Below, piece by piece: positions 9,992-19,764 of a DNA stretch of 64,000 nt. The first letter of the stretch is position 1. Each line of letters starts with the position of its first letter. Position numbers and translations under genes: made by a program. The notes under the pieces were generated by a model. It saw only the letters and a program-made list of their open reading frames with translations. It made no database searches and had not been told where the DNA came from. Source of the DNA: Candidatus Poribacteria bacterium (GTDB taxonomy: Bacteria; Poribacteria; WGA-4E; WGA-3G); NCBI GenBank assembly GCA_964291315.2, contig OZ219753.1, positions 1,952,001 to 2,016,000 on the forward strand, given 5' to 3'.

Positions 9992-12673
9992 ATGAAGTTT
10001 ATACCGCAGCGGCCCGCACTCTATTTTCTGATTCCATACCTGCTTGGAATTGTTGCCGGTAGATGGTCGGCTATTCCGTTCCTCTGGCTCTGGCTCTCCA
10101 TCCTCTTCAGTTTTATCGGTAGCATTGCGACGAGAAACCGGAGACGTTGTCTCTCTTATGTACTGCTTCATCTCGCTGTTTTCGCAGGCGGTATGCTACG
10201 TTTCGAAACGGCCGCTGTCTCGCCAATCCCCAACCACTTTTACGATGAACCCATCAGTTTTTCAGGGACCACCACTTACCAACCCGAACGCGGCACAGAG
10301 TGGGCAGAATGTTATGCAGTTGGCAAACTTCAGCTCTTATCGGATCCGTCGCAGCAGGTGAAGGCGAAGGTTTTGATCAGGTTCCAAGAATTAGTGCCGC
10401 TCCGCTACGGTAAACAGATAACCCTCACCGGCGTTCTCCGAGAACCACACGGCAAACGGAACCCAGGCGGGTTCGATTACAAAGATTACCTCGCAAGACA
10501 GAAAGTCACCGGCATCCTCAACGTCATAGGACTTCTACGGATAGGCGAACAAGGCGGACTCCCGCCCTTGCGTTGGATAGAGACGCTCAGAATCCAAACG
10601 GAACACGTTATAGATCGCATCTATCAACGCTCTCAACTGCACGTCGAACTACTTAAAGGCATTTTACTCGGCAAACGGAGCGACATACCCTCAGAAACCT
10701 TGGAAGCCTTCCGCAATAGTGGAACAGTTCATGTGCTCGCTGTCTCCGGGCTACACGTCGGACTCGTCGCCCTGTTCTGTTACTTCGGTCTCTCAAGATT
10801 CCGATTACCACCCAAAATTCTCTACCTACTCACAATTGTGGCAGTCTTGATTTACGCCTGTCTCATCGGTTTCCGCCCCTCAGTTTTTCGCGCCGCGTTG
10901 CTCACAGTTCTGTTCTTCTTCGCGAAAATTATAGACCGGGACACCGATCTTTACAATCTGTTAGCGTTTTCTGCGTTGGCACTCCTTCTTTTCAACCCGC
11001 TGCACCTATTTGATGTCGGCTTTCAATTGTCCTTCACAGCAGTCCTCTCCATTGTGTACTTCGTCCCGAAAATGGAAAAACCGTTCCAGCACTTCTGGAA
11101 AGAGACAGAACTAGCATCCGAAGGGGTTCTCGCCCTTCTCGCAAAATTGCGAAACGCAACCGTTAAACGGCTAATACTCTCATATAACGCTGCTCTTTAC
11201 AATCTGTTAGCGTTTTCTGCGTTGGCACTCCTTCTTTTCAACCCGCTGCACCTATTTGATGTCGGGCTTCACTCGTCCTTCACAGCAGTCCTCTCTATTG
11301 TGTACTTCGCCCCGAAAATGGAGAAAATGTTGCAGCACCCATGGCAAGAGACAGAGCAAACGTCCAAAGTGGTTCTCGCCCTTCTCACAAAGTTGCGAAA
11401 CACAACCCTTAAATGGCTAATACTCTCTTATCTCGTGACGTTCGCAGCGCAAATTGGAACGGCACCCGTGATCGCCTATTTCTTTTTCCGCACGTACCCA
11501 TTGGGTATCGTCGTCGGCCCCTTTGCAGTTGGCCTCGTATCGATCATTGTTGCTATCGGGATCGGATCAGTGTGTATCGGTCTAGGATGGATTCCGCTCG
11601 CGAAGCTCCTCGCCCCCTTCAACCACGTTGTTATCTCTATTTTCTTGGCACTCATCGGGAGCTTTGCACAAGCATCCGGGGTCGTGAAAATAGCACCCCC
11701 GACATTTGGAGACTTTGTCCTCTACATCGCGGTCTGTTTAGGGTTAGCACATTGGCGACAGATCCGTCAGCACCGCCGAATCGCAAGCCTCATTGGACTC
11801 TCCGTTCTAGCAATTTGGGTTTGGGATGCTGCTCTTCACGAGAGGGGCAGGCTGCTTGAAGTCATAACGCTCGACGTCGGGCAAGGCGATGCCACTGTCG
11901 TCCGGTTCCCTGACAACCGGACAATGCTAATAGACGGCGGCATCCGGCGCATCTATTACGACGAGCGCAAACAGAAAACAGTCAACTATGACGTGGGCAA
12001 ACGAATTATTGAACCATATCTCGATTACCACGGCATCCGAAAACTCGACATGGTCGTACTCACACACCCCGACATCGACCACGGCGGCGGACTCGAATAT
12101 ATTTTAGAGCACTTTGAAGTCTCACGGCTCCTCGGCATATCCGATATGCCGATCGATTCTCAAACGCATCAGAACCTCCGCGCAATCGCCAAAGCCCGCA
12201 ACATCCCTTATGCGTTCCCTTATGCCGGAGAGATTCCGCTAACGCCGACAGCTACATTAAATTTGCTCCATCCTATAGACGCAGAATCTACCAACCTATC
12301 GGATAAAGACAAAAATGACGATTCCCTCGTCATCAAACTCTCCTACGGTGAGGTGGACGTTCTCTTTACAGGAGACATCGGCAAAAGCGCGGAAGCCCGA
12401 CTCATCGCCTCCGGACAGAATCTGCGATCAGAAATTCTCAAGGTCCCACACCACGGAAGTCGAACATCGAGCAGCGCCGCCTTCTTAGACGCTGTCCAGC
12501 CCCGCCACGCTATCATTTCGCTCGGCAAAGGAAATCGATATCAGCTCCCGCACCCTGAGGTAGTAGCCCGGTATCAGGAACGCAACTGCCAACTCTGGCG
12601 AACGGACGAAGCCGCATCGATTACCCTCCGCACCGATGGAGCTCGTTGTTGGATCGACGGCTTAAAGCAGTAG
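9992..12673 (+). CDS. comEC: DNA internalization competence protein ComEC/Rec2
   Basis: NPGGFDY, HVLAVSGLHVG, PSVFRA and GFQLSF motifs; metallo-beta-lactamase domain with DVGQGD, THPDIDH, FTGD and HHGS. Confidence 0.95.
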   Translation: MKFIPQRPALYFLIPYLLGIVAGRWSAIPFLWLWLSILFSFIGSIATRNRRRCLSYVLLHLAVFAGGMLRFETAAVSPIPNHFYDEPISFSGTTTYQPERGTEWAECYAVGKLQLLSDPSQQVKAKVLIRFQELVPLRYGKQITLTGVLREPHGKRNPGGFDYKDYLARQKVTGILNVIGLLRIGEQGGLPPLRWIETLRIQTEHVIDRIYQRSQLHVELLKGILLGKRSDIPSETLEAFRNSGTVHVLAVSGLHVGLVALFCYFGLSRFRLPPKILYLLTIVAVLIYACLIGFRPSVFRAALLTVLFFFAKIIDRDTDLYNLLAFSALALLLFNPLHLFDVGFQLSFTAVLSIVYFVPKMEKPFQHFWKETELASEGVLALLAKLRNATVKRLILSYNAALYNLLAFSALALLLFNPLHLFDVGLHSSFTAVLSIVYFAPKMEKMLQHPWQETEQTSKVVLALLTKLRNTTLKWLILSYLVTFAAQIGTAPVIAYFFFRTYPLGIVVGPFAVGLVSIIVAIGIGSVCIGLGWIPLAKLLAPFNHVVISIFLALIGSFAQASGVVKIAPPTFGDFVLYIAVCLGLAHWRQIRQHRRIASLIGLSVLAIWVWDAALHERGRLLEVITLDVGQGDATVVRFPDNRTMLIDGGIRRIYYDERKQKTVNYDVGKRIIEPYLDYHGIRKLDMVVLTHPDIDHGGGLEYILEHFEVSRLLGISDMPIDSQTHQNLRAIAKARNIPYAFPYAGEIPLTPTATLNLLHPIDAESTNLSDKDKNDDSLVIKLSYGEVDVLFTGDIGKSAEARLIASGQNLRSEILKVPHHGSRTSSSAAFLDAVQPRHAIISLGKGNRYQLPHPEVVARYQERNCQLWRTDEAASITLRTDGARCWIDGLKQ
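10948..11431 (+). repeat. In-frame tandem duplication (246-bp/82-aa period) inside comEC
   Basis: TCTTTACAATCTGTTAGCGTTTTCTGCGTTGGCACTCC... occurs at 10948 and 11194; the protein repeats LYNLLAFSALALLLFNPLHLFDVG...LILSY. Confidence 0.92.
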
Positions 12674-12701
12674 ACACATCAGACATATCACAAAAAGCCG
12701 T

Positions 12702-13793
12702 CTATAACGACGGGGCTATAGCAATACGCGGTGACTTCTGATTCATCGCATCCATAAAAGCAGTGTTGATCTCTCCTAACGGATACGTCTTTCCGATCAG
12801 CTCCCCGAACGGGTAGCGTGTACGGACCTCTTCCACAAAACCGAGCGCCTTCCCAAGGGCGGTATGATGATAGTTATGAACGCCTCGAAACGTTATGCAT
12901 TTTGTGACAATCTGGTGGGCATCAACAGAGATATGGGCGTTCGGATAGACATAGCCAAGTGTCAAACAGCGCCCACCGATCCCTAACCATGTTATCAGGC
13001 TCGGGATCCCAATTGTCGCACCGCTGACTTCTACGCCGAGATCCGCGCCCCGGCCGGCCGTAAGCTCTTTCAAAACCGCATCTATCTCGGCAACGGAGGT
13101 CTCGTCTGGATTGAAGGTGTGTGTCGCGCCGAACTGCTTAGCAATCTGTAAACGTTCGTCGTTGGTATCTACAACTGCCACACGCGTGTATCCATTTTCA
13201 CGGAGATAGCATGCCGCATAGATACCGAGCATACCAGCTCCATGAATCACTGCTGTCTCGCCTGATTGGACACCGATAGCCGTCAAACCGTTTACCACAG
13301 TTGCAAGCGCACAGTTGACAGGAACAGCCTCTCTGTCCGTCACTGCATCCGGGATACGATAGACGGCTGTCCCCGGGCGCAATAGGATATGCGTAGCAAA
13401 ACCGCCCGATAAGGCAGAAGCCCCCTCACTACGCCCATGGCCATATTTGAACATCGTCTCACACTTCTGTGGTAGGTTCCGATCAACACAGTAATAGCAC
13501 GCACCACAAGCAGTTGTGAGACTCCACGTAACCCGATCCCCTTCCTTTAGCTTGCCCCCGGTTGCAGAACTGAGATTCGTCGGGGCCGCAACCGTCCCAA
13601 CCACCTCATGTCCGAGCACACACGGTGTATCGGCACCGCGGCGACCCAGAAAAGTGTGAAGATCGGAACCACAGATAGTTGCAAGCGAAACCCGGACAAC
13701 AACATCGTTCGCGGTGGCAGCGACAGATACCTCACTCGCCTTAAAAGGCACGCCTGCCCCGTGAAAATGTAGAACCTTGGCAGATATTGGCAT
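12702..13793 (-). CDS. Zinc-binding alcohol dehydrogenase (MDR, HpnZ-like)
   Basis: TICGSDLH, GHEVVG, CGACYYC..LPQKC..FKYGH and GAGMLG motifs. Confidence 0.88.
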   Translation of the reverse strand: MPISAKVLHFHGAGVPFKASEVSVAATANDVVVRVSLATICGSDLHTFLGRRGADTPCVLGHEVVGTVAAPTNLSSATGGKLKEGDRVTWSLTTACGACYYCVDRNLPQKCETMFKYGHGRSEGASALSGGFATHILLRPGTAVYRIPDAVTDREAVPVNCALATVVNGLTAIGVQSGETAVIHGAGMLGIYAACYLRENGYTRVAVVDTNDERLQIAKQFGATHTFNPDETSVAEIDAVLKELTAGRGADLGVEVSGATIGIPSLITWLGIGGRCLTLGYVYPNAHISVDAHQIVTKCITFRGVHNYHHTALGKALGFVEEVRTRYPFGELIGKTYPLGEINTAFMDAMNQKSPRIAIAPSL

Positions 13794-13957
13794 TATGTTA
13801 ATATCCCTTTTATGACGATCAGTCATCGAAAACCATCAACAATTGATTGGTGTCTCTTAGAACGTTTATAATACCCACAACGCCTCCTGATCCCTAAAAA
13901 TAGAGCACAACGAAACGACCTGACAGCTGAAACTGATCGCTAATAATCACTTTTAAT

Positions 13958-13986
13958 TTGACAAACAGAGACGCTTCACGTATCAT
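13958..13986 (+). promoter_or_regulatory. Sigma70-like promoter of argB
   Basis: TTGACA-17 nt-TATCAT, about 50 nt upstream of ATG 14036. Confidence 0.65.
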
Positions 13987-14035
13987 ATATTACATTACAC
14001 ACTATTCGGAAAACATAGAGGACAAAACGAAAAAC

Positions 14036-14911
14036 ATGAACAGAACTGCCGAGGTGCTTATCGAAGCCTTGCCTTATATCCGCCGGTTCTACGATCGGCG
14101 GATCGTTATCAAATATGGCGGTGCCGCTATGGAGGACGAGGAACTGATCCACTCCGTCATGCAGGACATCGTTTTAATGAAATACGTCGGCATCCGGCCA
14201 ATTATCGTCCACGGCGGTGGACCCCGAATCACAGCATGGATGGATAAACTCGGGAAAGCACCTGAATTTGTGCAAGGATTACGGGTAACCGACGCCGAAA
14301 CCGTCGAAATCGCTGAGATGGTACTCGGATCCATTAATAAAGAAATTGTGTCACGCATCAATCAGCACGGCGGAAAATCCATCGGACTCTCCGGAAAAGA
14401 TGCCAACCTCATTTTAGCCGAGAAACAGCAGACGCAAATCACCAATGAAAATGGACAACTGGTACACGTCGACTTAGGATACGTGGGGAAAATTATTGGA
14501 GTCAACACCGAAGCAATCATCGCACTCGACAAGGCGGATTATATACCTGTCCTCACACCCATCGGCGGGGGAGCCGATGGACAAACCTATAATATTAACG
14601 CCGATACGATGGCAGGCGAGGTCGGAGCAGCCTTCCAAGCCGAGAAATTGATCGTACTGACAGATACCCGCGGCATCCTCCGGGATCTATCGGATACCAC
14701 CTCCTTGATTCCGACGATCCGTCTGCAAGAGATAGATCAATTCATCAAGGAAGGTTTCATCGCAGGCGGTATGATCCCTAAGATAGAGGCTTGCACAACA
14801 GCACTTAAGGGCGGTGTCTATAAAACACACATCATTGACGGAAGGATTCCGCACTCTCTGCTGCTCGAGATTTTCACCGAGGGCGGTATCGGAACAGAGA
14901 TCGTTCGCTAG
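14036..14911 (+). CDS. argB: Acetylglutamate kinase
   Basis: EALPYI, IVIKYGGAAM, VHGGGP, GLRVTD, YNINAD, GGMIPK and LLLEIFT..GIGT motifs. Confidence 0.97.
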   Translation: MNRTAEVLIEALPYIRRFYDRRIVIKYGGAAMEDEELIHSVMQDIVLMKYVGIRPIIVHGGGPRITAWMDKLGKAPEFVQGLRVTDAETVEIAEMVLGSINKEIVSRINQHGGKSIGLSGKDANLILAEKQQTQITNENGQLVHVDLGYVGKIIGVNTEAIIALDKADYIPVLTPIGGGADGQTYNINADTMAGEVGAAFQAEKLIVLTDTRGILRDLSDTTSLIPTIRLQEIDQFIKEGFIAGGMIPKIEACTTALKGGVYKTHIIDGRIPHSLLLEIFTEGGIGTEIVR

Positions 14912-14982
14912 ATGTGGCAGAGGCAGTGGACAAAGCGGAAAAAACTTGCAGCAAACCTTACAGCCTATTTTCAGACGTATAG

Positions 14983-15006
14983 AAGCGCGGCTAGAAAACC
15001 GCGCTT
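14983..15006. terminator. Palindrome between convergent genes (terminator or REP-like)
   Basis: AAGCGCGG-CTAGAAAA-CCGCGCTT perfect 8-bp stem. Confidence 0.45.
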
Positions 15007-15011
15007 AAACC

Positions 15012-16016
15012 CTAGCGCTCAGGACGCGCCGGGATCCCCGTTTCTGCAGATTCGTAGATCAGATCCATCAATTCAGATTGGATAATCCCATTTAGCGGAC
15101 TCGTACGAGACTCGGCTCTGCCTAAGATCGCGTCAATGAAATTATCATCCGGCGATCCAGCCGACATATCGTCCGTAATCGGCGGCGGATCTAACGCCTC
15201 ACCGCCTTTCCAGACCCGAATCCAGCCACCGCTCCAACCGTCAACTTCAATCCTGCCATTCTCAAAGACCAACGCCATGTGCGTCCCGCCCGGGCTTGGA
15301 CAATTGCCGCTCACCGCCATCGCAGCGAGAACACCATTTTCAAACTTGACATTAATCGAGGAGTTGATGTCCACTTCACGTCCCTGCTTATCTGTGTAAG
15401 CATAGACTTCAGCAACTTTCGACTCGACTGCCCAGCAGAGGCTATTCAGCAGGTGTGCCCCACTGTCATAAGCCTGGCCGCCGCCAGAAAGCTTCGGGTT
15501 CTGCCGCCACGTCCCTGTCGTGCCACCTTTCCAACCTTGCGTAATGTAGCCGATCACCAGCTCCAGCTTGCCAAACGCTCGGCTACGGATAACCTCGCGC
15601 GTATAATAGAAATTCGGCGTGCAGGGCGTGTTATAACCAATCGTGAGAGTCAACCCCGTCTCTTCCACTTTCTCTGCAAGAACGTACGCATCTTTAGAAG
15701 AGGTGACCATCGGTTTCTCCATTAAAACATGGCAACCCGCTTCAAGCGCCTGCATGCCCTGCTCAAAATGCAGGGTGTGCGGCGTAGAAATAACCACCGC
15801 GTCCGGAGAAGTCTCTTTAAGCAACCTACCGATGTCGTCATAAGCACCAGGACGCGGGCTCAGATCGGATAAGTTCCGATCAATATAGCCGTTGGCGATG
15901 TCTGTATTCACATCGCAGGTGCCGACAATTTGCACATCAGGGTTTGCATTCATTCTTCGGGCGTGCCCCGAGGAGTTTCCACCGCATCCAATCATGGCAA
16001 GTTGAATCTTCGCCAT
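15012..16016 (-). CDS. Gfo/Idh/MocA family oxidoreductase
   Basis: IGCGG, STPHTLH, HVLMEKPM and SGGGQAYDSGAH motifs; GGAGG RBS. Confidence 0.93.
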   Translation of the reverse strand: MAKIQLAMIGCGGNSSGHARRMNANPDVQIVGTCDVNTDIANGYIDRNLSDLSPRPGAYDDIGRLLKETSPDAVVISTPHTLHFEQGMQALEAGCHVLMEKPMVTSSKDAYVLAEKVEETGLTLTIGYNTPCTPNFYYTREVIRSRAFGKLELVIGYITQGWKGGTTGTWRQNPKLSGGGQAYDSGAHLLNSLCWAVESKVAEVYAYTDKQGREVDINSSINVKFENGVLAAMAVSGNCPSPGGTHMALVFENGRIEVDGWSGGWIRVWKGGEALDPPPITDDMSAGSPDDNFIDAILGRAESRTSPLNGIIQSELMDLIYESAETGIPARPER

Positions 16017-16057
16017 ATGTTCCTCCTTCTTGTCTCTTACTGTGTGTGCCCCGAATC

Positions 16058-16876
16058 CTAAACAACGGGGCTTTCATACCTAACATTTGATAGATCGGCA
16101 ACGCTGATCGCACCATCACCGAACACCCTCGTAAAAGTGTGTCCATGGTGCGACTTCGTTTCACCATGCATATAGCAGACGCTGAACGCCCGCCGTGGTA
16201 TGTCTGTATCGTTCGTCCCAGAACTATGGAGCATCCAATTGTGGAGCAAAACCACTTCCCCAGCCTGCAACTCCATCGGCTCCGGTGTCGCCTTCGCAAC
16301 GATGTCGTCAATCTGTTCCTGTGTCAGGAAACCCGAACCGTTTGAAGGATTAATAAGCCTTTTGTGTGATCTCGGAATGATGCGTACACAACCGTTCTCA
16401 ATCGTTGCGGGATCCAGAGCGGTGTAGACGGTAATCCGGGGGTCGCGATCGAGATCCCGCCATCTATCTTGATGCCATGTCAGCTGTGTTCCTTCATGTG
16501 CCGGTTTATTCATAAACATCGCTCGGAAACAAGCGACAGGCGTCACGGGGCCGTAGATCTCTGCACAGACCTCTTGAAAAATCGGTTTCTGCAAATACCC
16601 TAAAAAAATCGGATCCAGTTCCAGGTTCTGAATTTTCCGATACAGCAACGTCGGCCCCTTGTGTCCTTTGGACTGCGGCCCCGGTGAATTTTTCCCAGGC
16701 TCTCGGTCGAGCTGCATCATGATCTGCTCATAATCGAGCGGCGCCTTGCCGAGCATGATGTCGTCCATCCGCTGCTGAAGCTGGGCAAGTTCATCCTCGG
16801 TCGCAACCTGCCCGATACGGACATATCCATTTTCCCAAAAATGTTCCCACTGTTCGTCTGATATATTCTGCTCCAT
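16058..16876 (-). CDS. Phytanoyl-CoA dioxygenase (PhyH) family Fe(II)/2OG dioxygenase
   Basis: FWENGY, WHQD, ALDPATIENGC..IPRSH, LHSS..N..R motifs; start set at ATG 16876 after GGGAGG. Confidence 0.92.
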   Translation of the reverse strand: MEQNISDEQWEHFWENGYVRIGQVATEDELAQLQQRMDDIMLGKAPLDYEQIMMQLDREPGKNSPGPQSKGHKGPTLLYRKIQNLELDPIFLGYLQKPIFQEVCAEIYGPVTPVACFRAMFMNKPAHEGTQLTWHQDRWRDLDRDPRITVYTALDPATIENGCVRIIPRSHKRLINPSNGSGFLTQEQIDDIVAKATPEPMELQAGEVVLLHNWMLHSSGTNDTDIPRRAFSVCYMHGETKSHHGHTFTRVFGDGAISVADLSNVRYESPVV

Positions 16877-17000
16877 GCTGAGCCTCCCCATCATCTCATG
16901 GTTGTGACCTTGAATTATAACACACATTTCAATAAGAAAAAAAGCAAATTCTGATCGCGCCACGCGCTCGGTTCGGACTCCCCTTACGAGCAGCTCGCCT

Positions 17001-17108
17001 AGACTGTGCGATAGCGCTTGCAGCATAACCTGTCAGTCTGTGCCATAGCACTTGTAGCATAGACTGTTAGTCTGTGCATATGCGATAGCGCTTGCAGCAT
17101 AAACTCTC
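17001..17108. repeat. Three tandem ~34-bp intergenic repeats
   Basis: AGACTGTGCGATAGCGCTTGCAGCATAACCTGTC / AGTCTGTGCCATAGCACTTGTAGCATAGACTGTT / third copy with a 6-bp insertion. Confidence 0.8.
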
Positions 17109-17264
17109 AAGATATGCAAGTTTCCTCTTACCCAAAGCCGAACCAAACAATCACCAAACCCACGCTATTGTAGATCGCCCCGAAACATAGACACAATAAC
17201 AGAAGCCAGAAGTCATTCGGAAGGCGCACGTAGCTCCTGAGGATACCGCATCAACTTTCCATTT

Positions 17265-18638
17265 TTATCTAAGGATGTTAAGAGCCTTGTCAACGGTGGC
17301 TTTCACATCCGCATCGCCAGCTTTCTCAGCCAGCCTTCGCGCCGTGTAGAGGTCCTGTTTCGCCTCTGCCTCTCTATTTAGTCTCACCTTGCTTACTGCG
17401 CGGTTGTAGTATGCTATTGCGTAATCGGGTTTTATGCGTATAGCCGCATCGTAGTCAGCAATCGCAGAAAAGTGCTGACCAAGTTTAGCCTTCGCTATTC
17501 CACGGCTGACGTATGCGTATGCGTCATCAGGTTCTATGCGTATAGCCGCATCGTAGTCAGCAATCGCAGAAAAATGCCGACCCAGGGCAGCCTTCGCATC
17601 TCCACGCCAGAGGTATGCGTATGCGTCATCAGGTTCTATGCGTATAGCCGCATCGTAGTCAGCAATCGCAGAAAAGTGCTGACCGAGGAGATGCTTCACG
17701 AATCCACGTTGGACGTATATGAATGCGTAATCGGGTTTCATGTGTATAGCGGTATCGTAATCAGCAATGGCGGCAGAATATCGGCCAATATTGTACTTTG
17801 CCATTCCACGTCTGATATATGCGTATTCGTTCTCGGGCTCTATGATTATAGACAAGTTGTAAAGGGCAATTGCCGCGGCATAGTCTCCTAGCTCGACCTG
17901 TTGATTGCCTCTTATCAAGTAGGTCTCCGCGGATATCCCGGAACTGGCACTCGACAAAGGTTTCACTGGGCCTGTCTTCGCAAGGAGCCGCCTGAGGTAC
18001 TTGGAGGGAATCGCAAAGTTGAGATTCTGGCCACCTTCTAGGGTCATGAATGAAACCCCGATCACCTCACCGCGCGCATTCACAACCGGGCCGCCGCTAC
18101 TCCCCGGGGAGATAGGGGCGGTCATCTGAAAACGCGTTTTGGCAGCACCCCCGCGTCTGCTGCTGATAAGCCCATCCGAGAACGTGCCTTCTAAACCCTT
18201 CGGGTTGCCACACACATAAACCGCATCCCCTATTCTCACGTTCTCGCTGTAACCGAGCGCGAGCGGTCTCATACCGGACGCTGTGATCTTTAACAGTGCA
18301 AGGTCGTTCGCCTCGTCCGTTGCCACGACCCCTTCGATGGTGTATTCCGTATATTTTCCGACCCGCGTTGCGGTGCCGCGCCTCGTGCCTTCGATGACGT
18401 GGTAGTTGGTCGCGATCAGGTTCCAGCGCACACAGAACCCGCTGCCGTAGCTGACAGTGGCACCGGTCGCGTCCTGCATCTCCAAGGAGACAGTGGAAGC
18501 GAGGACCTTGTCAGCAATCTCTGGTGTGGTTTGGGCAAGAGCAGGCGTTAAGGCTGTAGAGCAGATGAGCAATAGCACCGGTAGCCACGCTCGTAGGTAG
18601 ATGTTCGGACACCGTTTAGCTTGAGATCTGGTATTCAT
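17265..18638 (-). CDS. Secreted trypsin-like serine protease with C-terminal TPR repeats
   Basis: Signal peptide; GSGF, TNYHV, DLALL and GSSGGP catalytic triad; about 6 TPRs (AIADYDAAIRI.PD.A.AY). Start set at ATG 18638 after GGAG. Confidence 0.92.
   Translation of the reverse strand: MNTRSQAKRCPNIYLRAWLPVLLLICSTALTPALAQTTPEIADKVLASTVSLEMQDATGATVSYGSGFCVRWNLIATNYHVIEGTRRGTATRVGKYTEYTIEGVVATDEANDLALLKITASGMRPLALGYSENVRIGDAVYVCGNPKGLEGTFSDGLISSRRGGAAKTRFQMTAPISPGSSGGPVVNARGEVIGVSFMTLEGGQNLNFAIPSKYLRRLLAKTGPVKPLSSASSGISAETYLIRGNQQVELGDYAAAIALYNLSIIIEPENEYAYIRRGMAKYNIGRYSAAIADYDTAIHMKPDYAFIYVQRGFVKHLLGQHFSAIADYDAAIRIEPDDAYAYLWRGDAKAALGRHFSAIADYDAAIRIEPDDAYAYVSRGIAKAKLGQHFSAIADYDAAIRIKPDYAIAYYNRAVSKVRLNREAEAKQDLYTARRLAEKAGDADVKATVDKALNILR
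17400..17800 (-). repeat. 102-bp TPR-encoding tandem DNA repeats
   Basis: CGTATAGCCGCATCGTAGTCAGCAATCGCAGAAAA recurs at 17437, 17539 and 17641. Confidence 0.9.
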
Positions 18639-18925
18639 ACAATTTTCTCCGTTTGGGTCTCCTTGTATTAATGTGAGTGTGATAGATGGCACACTTTTTT
18701 CTTTCTCTAAAGAGAACAACTTTGGTATAATAACGCTGTTATATTTTCTCAAAAGAGGTTATCTCATGTGTATTATATCACTTTTCCGCAAAATAGACAA
18801 CTTTTTTCTTGCATCTGATGGTATAATAACCTATAAACGTGGACATACGAAAGCAGACCGATTCACCTCAAAACGCTTGCGATTTTAATAACCAATTGCA
18901 GGAGAAACCGAAACCCTTTAGAAAT

Positions 18926-19654
18926 ATGCGTACCCTTCAGTTATTAGTAATCTCCGTTCTGGTATTCACACAGGCGCTGTTGTTGAATTCAGAAGGGAGC
19001 AGCGATCAATTTACCTTCGTCCGATTGAAATACGGCGGAAAACTGACACGGCGGAGCAGCTGGAAAGTGGACTGGCCCGCCTCCGACCGGAATTTCATCT
19101 GGCAACTGCGCAAACAGACAAATATCGACGCTGCACCGCGCGAGAAGATTATCGACGTGGGTGCAGCCGAGCTGTTCGCCTATCCGTTCGCCTATATGCT
19201 AGAGGTCGGAAGTCTTAGACTCAATCAACATGAGGCAGCGAACCTCCGAGAATATCTGCTACGCGGCGGGTTTATCCTTATCGACGATTTTCACGGCGAG
19301 CGCGAGTGGAAACGGTTTTACACTGAATTTAAGAAAATTTTCCCAAAACGCGAACCCATAGATATCCCCATATCTCATCCCATCTTTCAATGCTTTTTCA
19401 AAGTTAACAAACTCATTCAGGTACCAGGCCTCCGTTCGCTCTTCAACGGACGCACCTATGAGCGATTCGACGGCCATCCCGCATACTGTCGTGGAGTCTA
19501 TGACGACAACGGGCGCCTCATGATGATGATTAACTTCAATACAGACCTAGGAGACGCGTGGGAACACGCCGCTGAACCCGCCTACCCGCGGGAATACTCC
19601 GATATGGCACTCAAAATGGGAATCAACGCAGTCATCTACGCCCTAACTCACTAA
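18926..19654 (+). CDS. DUF4159-like exported protein
   Basis: Signal peptide; FTFVRLKY, LREYLLRGGFILIDDF, NTDLGDAWE and GINAVIYALTH motifs. Confidence 0.8.
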   Translation: MRTLQLLVISVLVFTQALLLNSEGSSDQFTFVRLKYGGKLTRRSSWKVDWPASDRNFIWQLRKQTNIDAAPREKIIDVGAAELFAYPFAYMLEVGSLRLNQHEAANLREYLLRGGFILIDDFHGEREWKRFYTEFKKIFPKREPIDIPISHPIFQCFFKVNKLIQVPGLRSLFNGRTYERFDGHPAYCRGVYDDNGRLMMMINFNTDLGDAWEHAAEPAYPREYSDMALKMGINAVIYALTH

Positions 19655-19764
19655 GCCACATTCAGTTAAACTTTTCACGTCCGTCGATGTCTAAAACATA
19701 ACATTTTGGGGGACAGATTCCCGTATAAAACTCACCTACCCAAAATCACGGAGGGAATAAAAAT

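Noticed and set aside
13958-14035. N-terminal extension of ArgB from the TTG at 13958
   Set aside because: That TTG is part of a TTGACA -35 box; ArgB similarity starts at ATG 14036.
17001-17108. Second CRISPR mini-array
   Set aside because: Units are contiguous with no unique spacers and do not resemble the array repeat.
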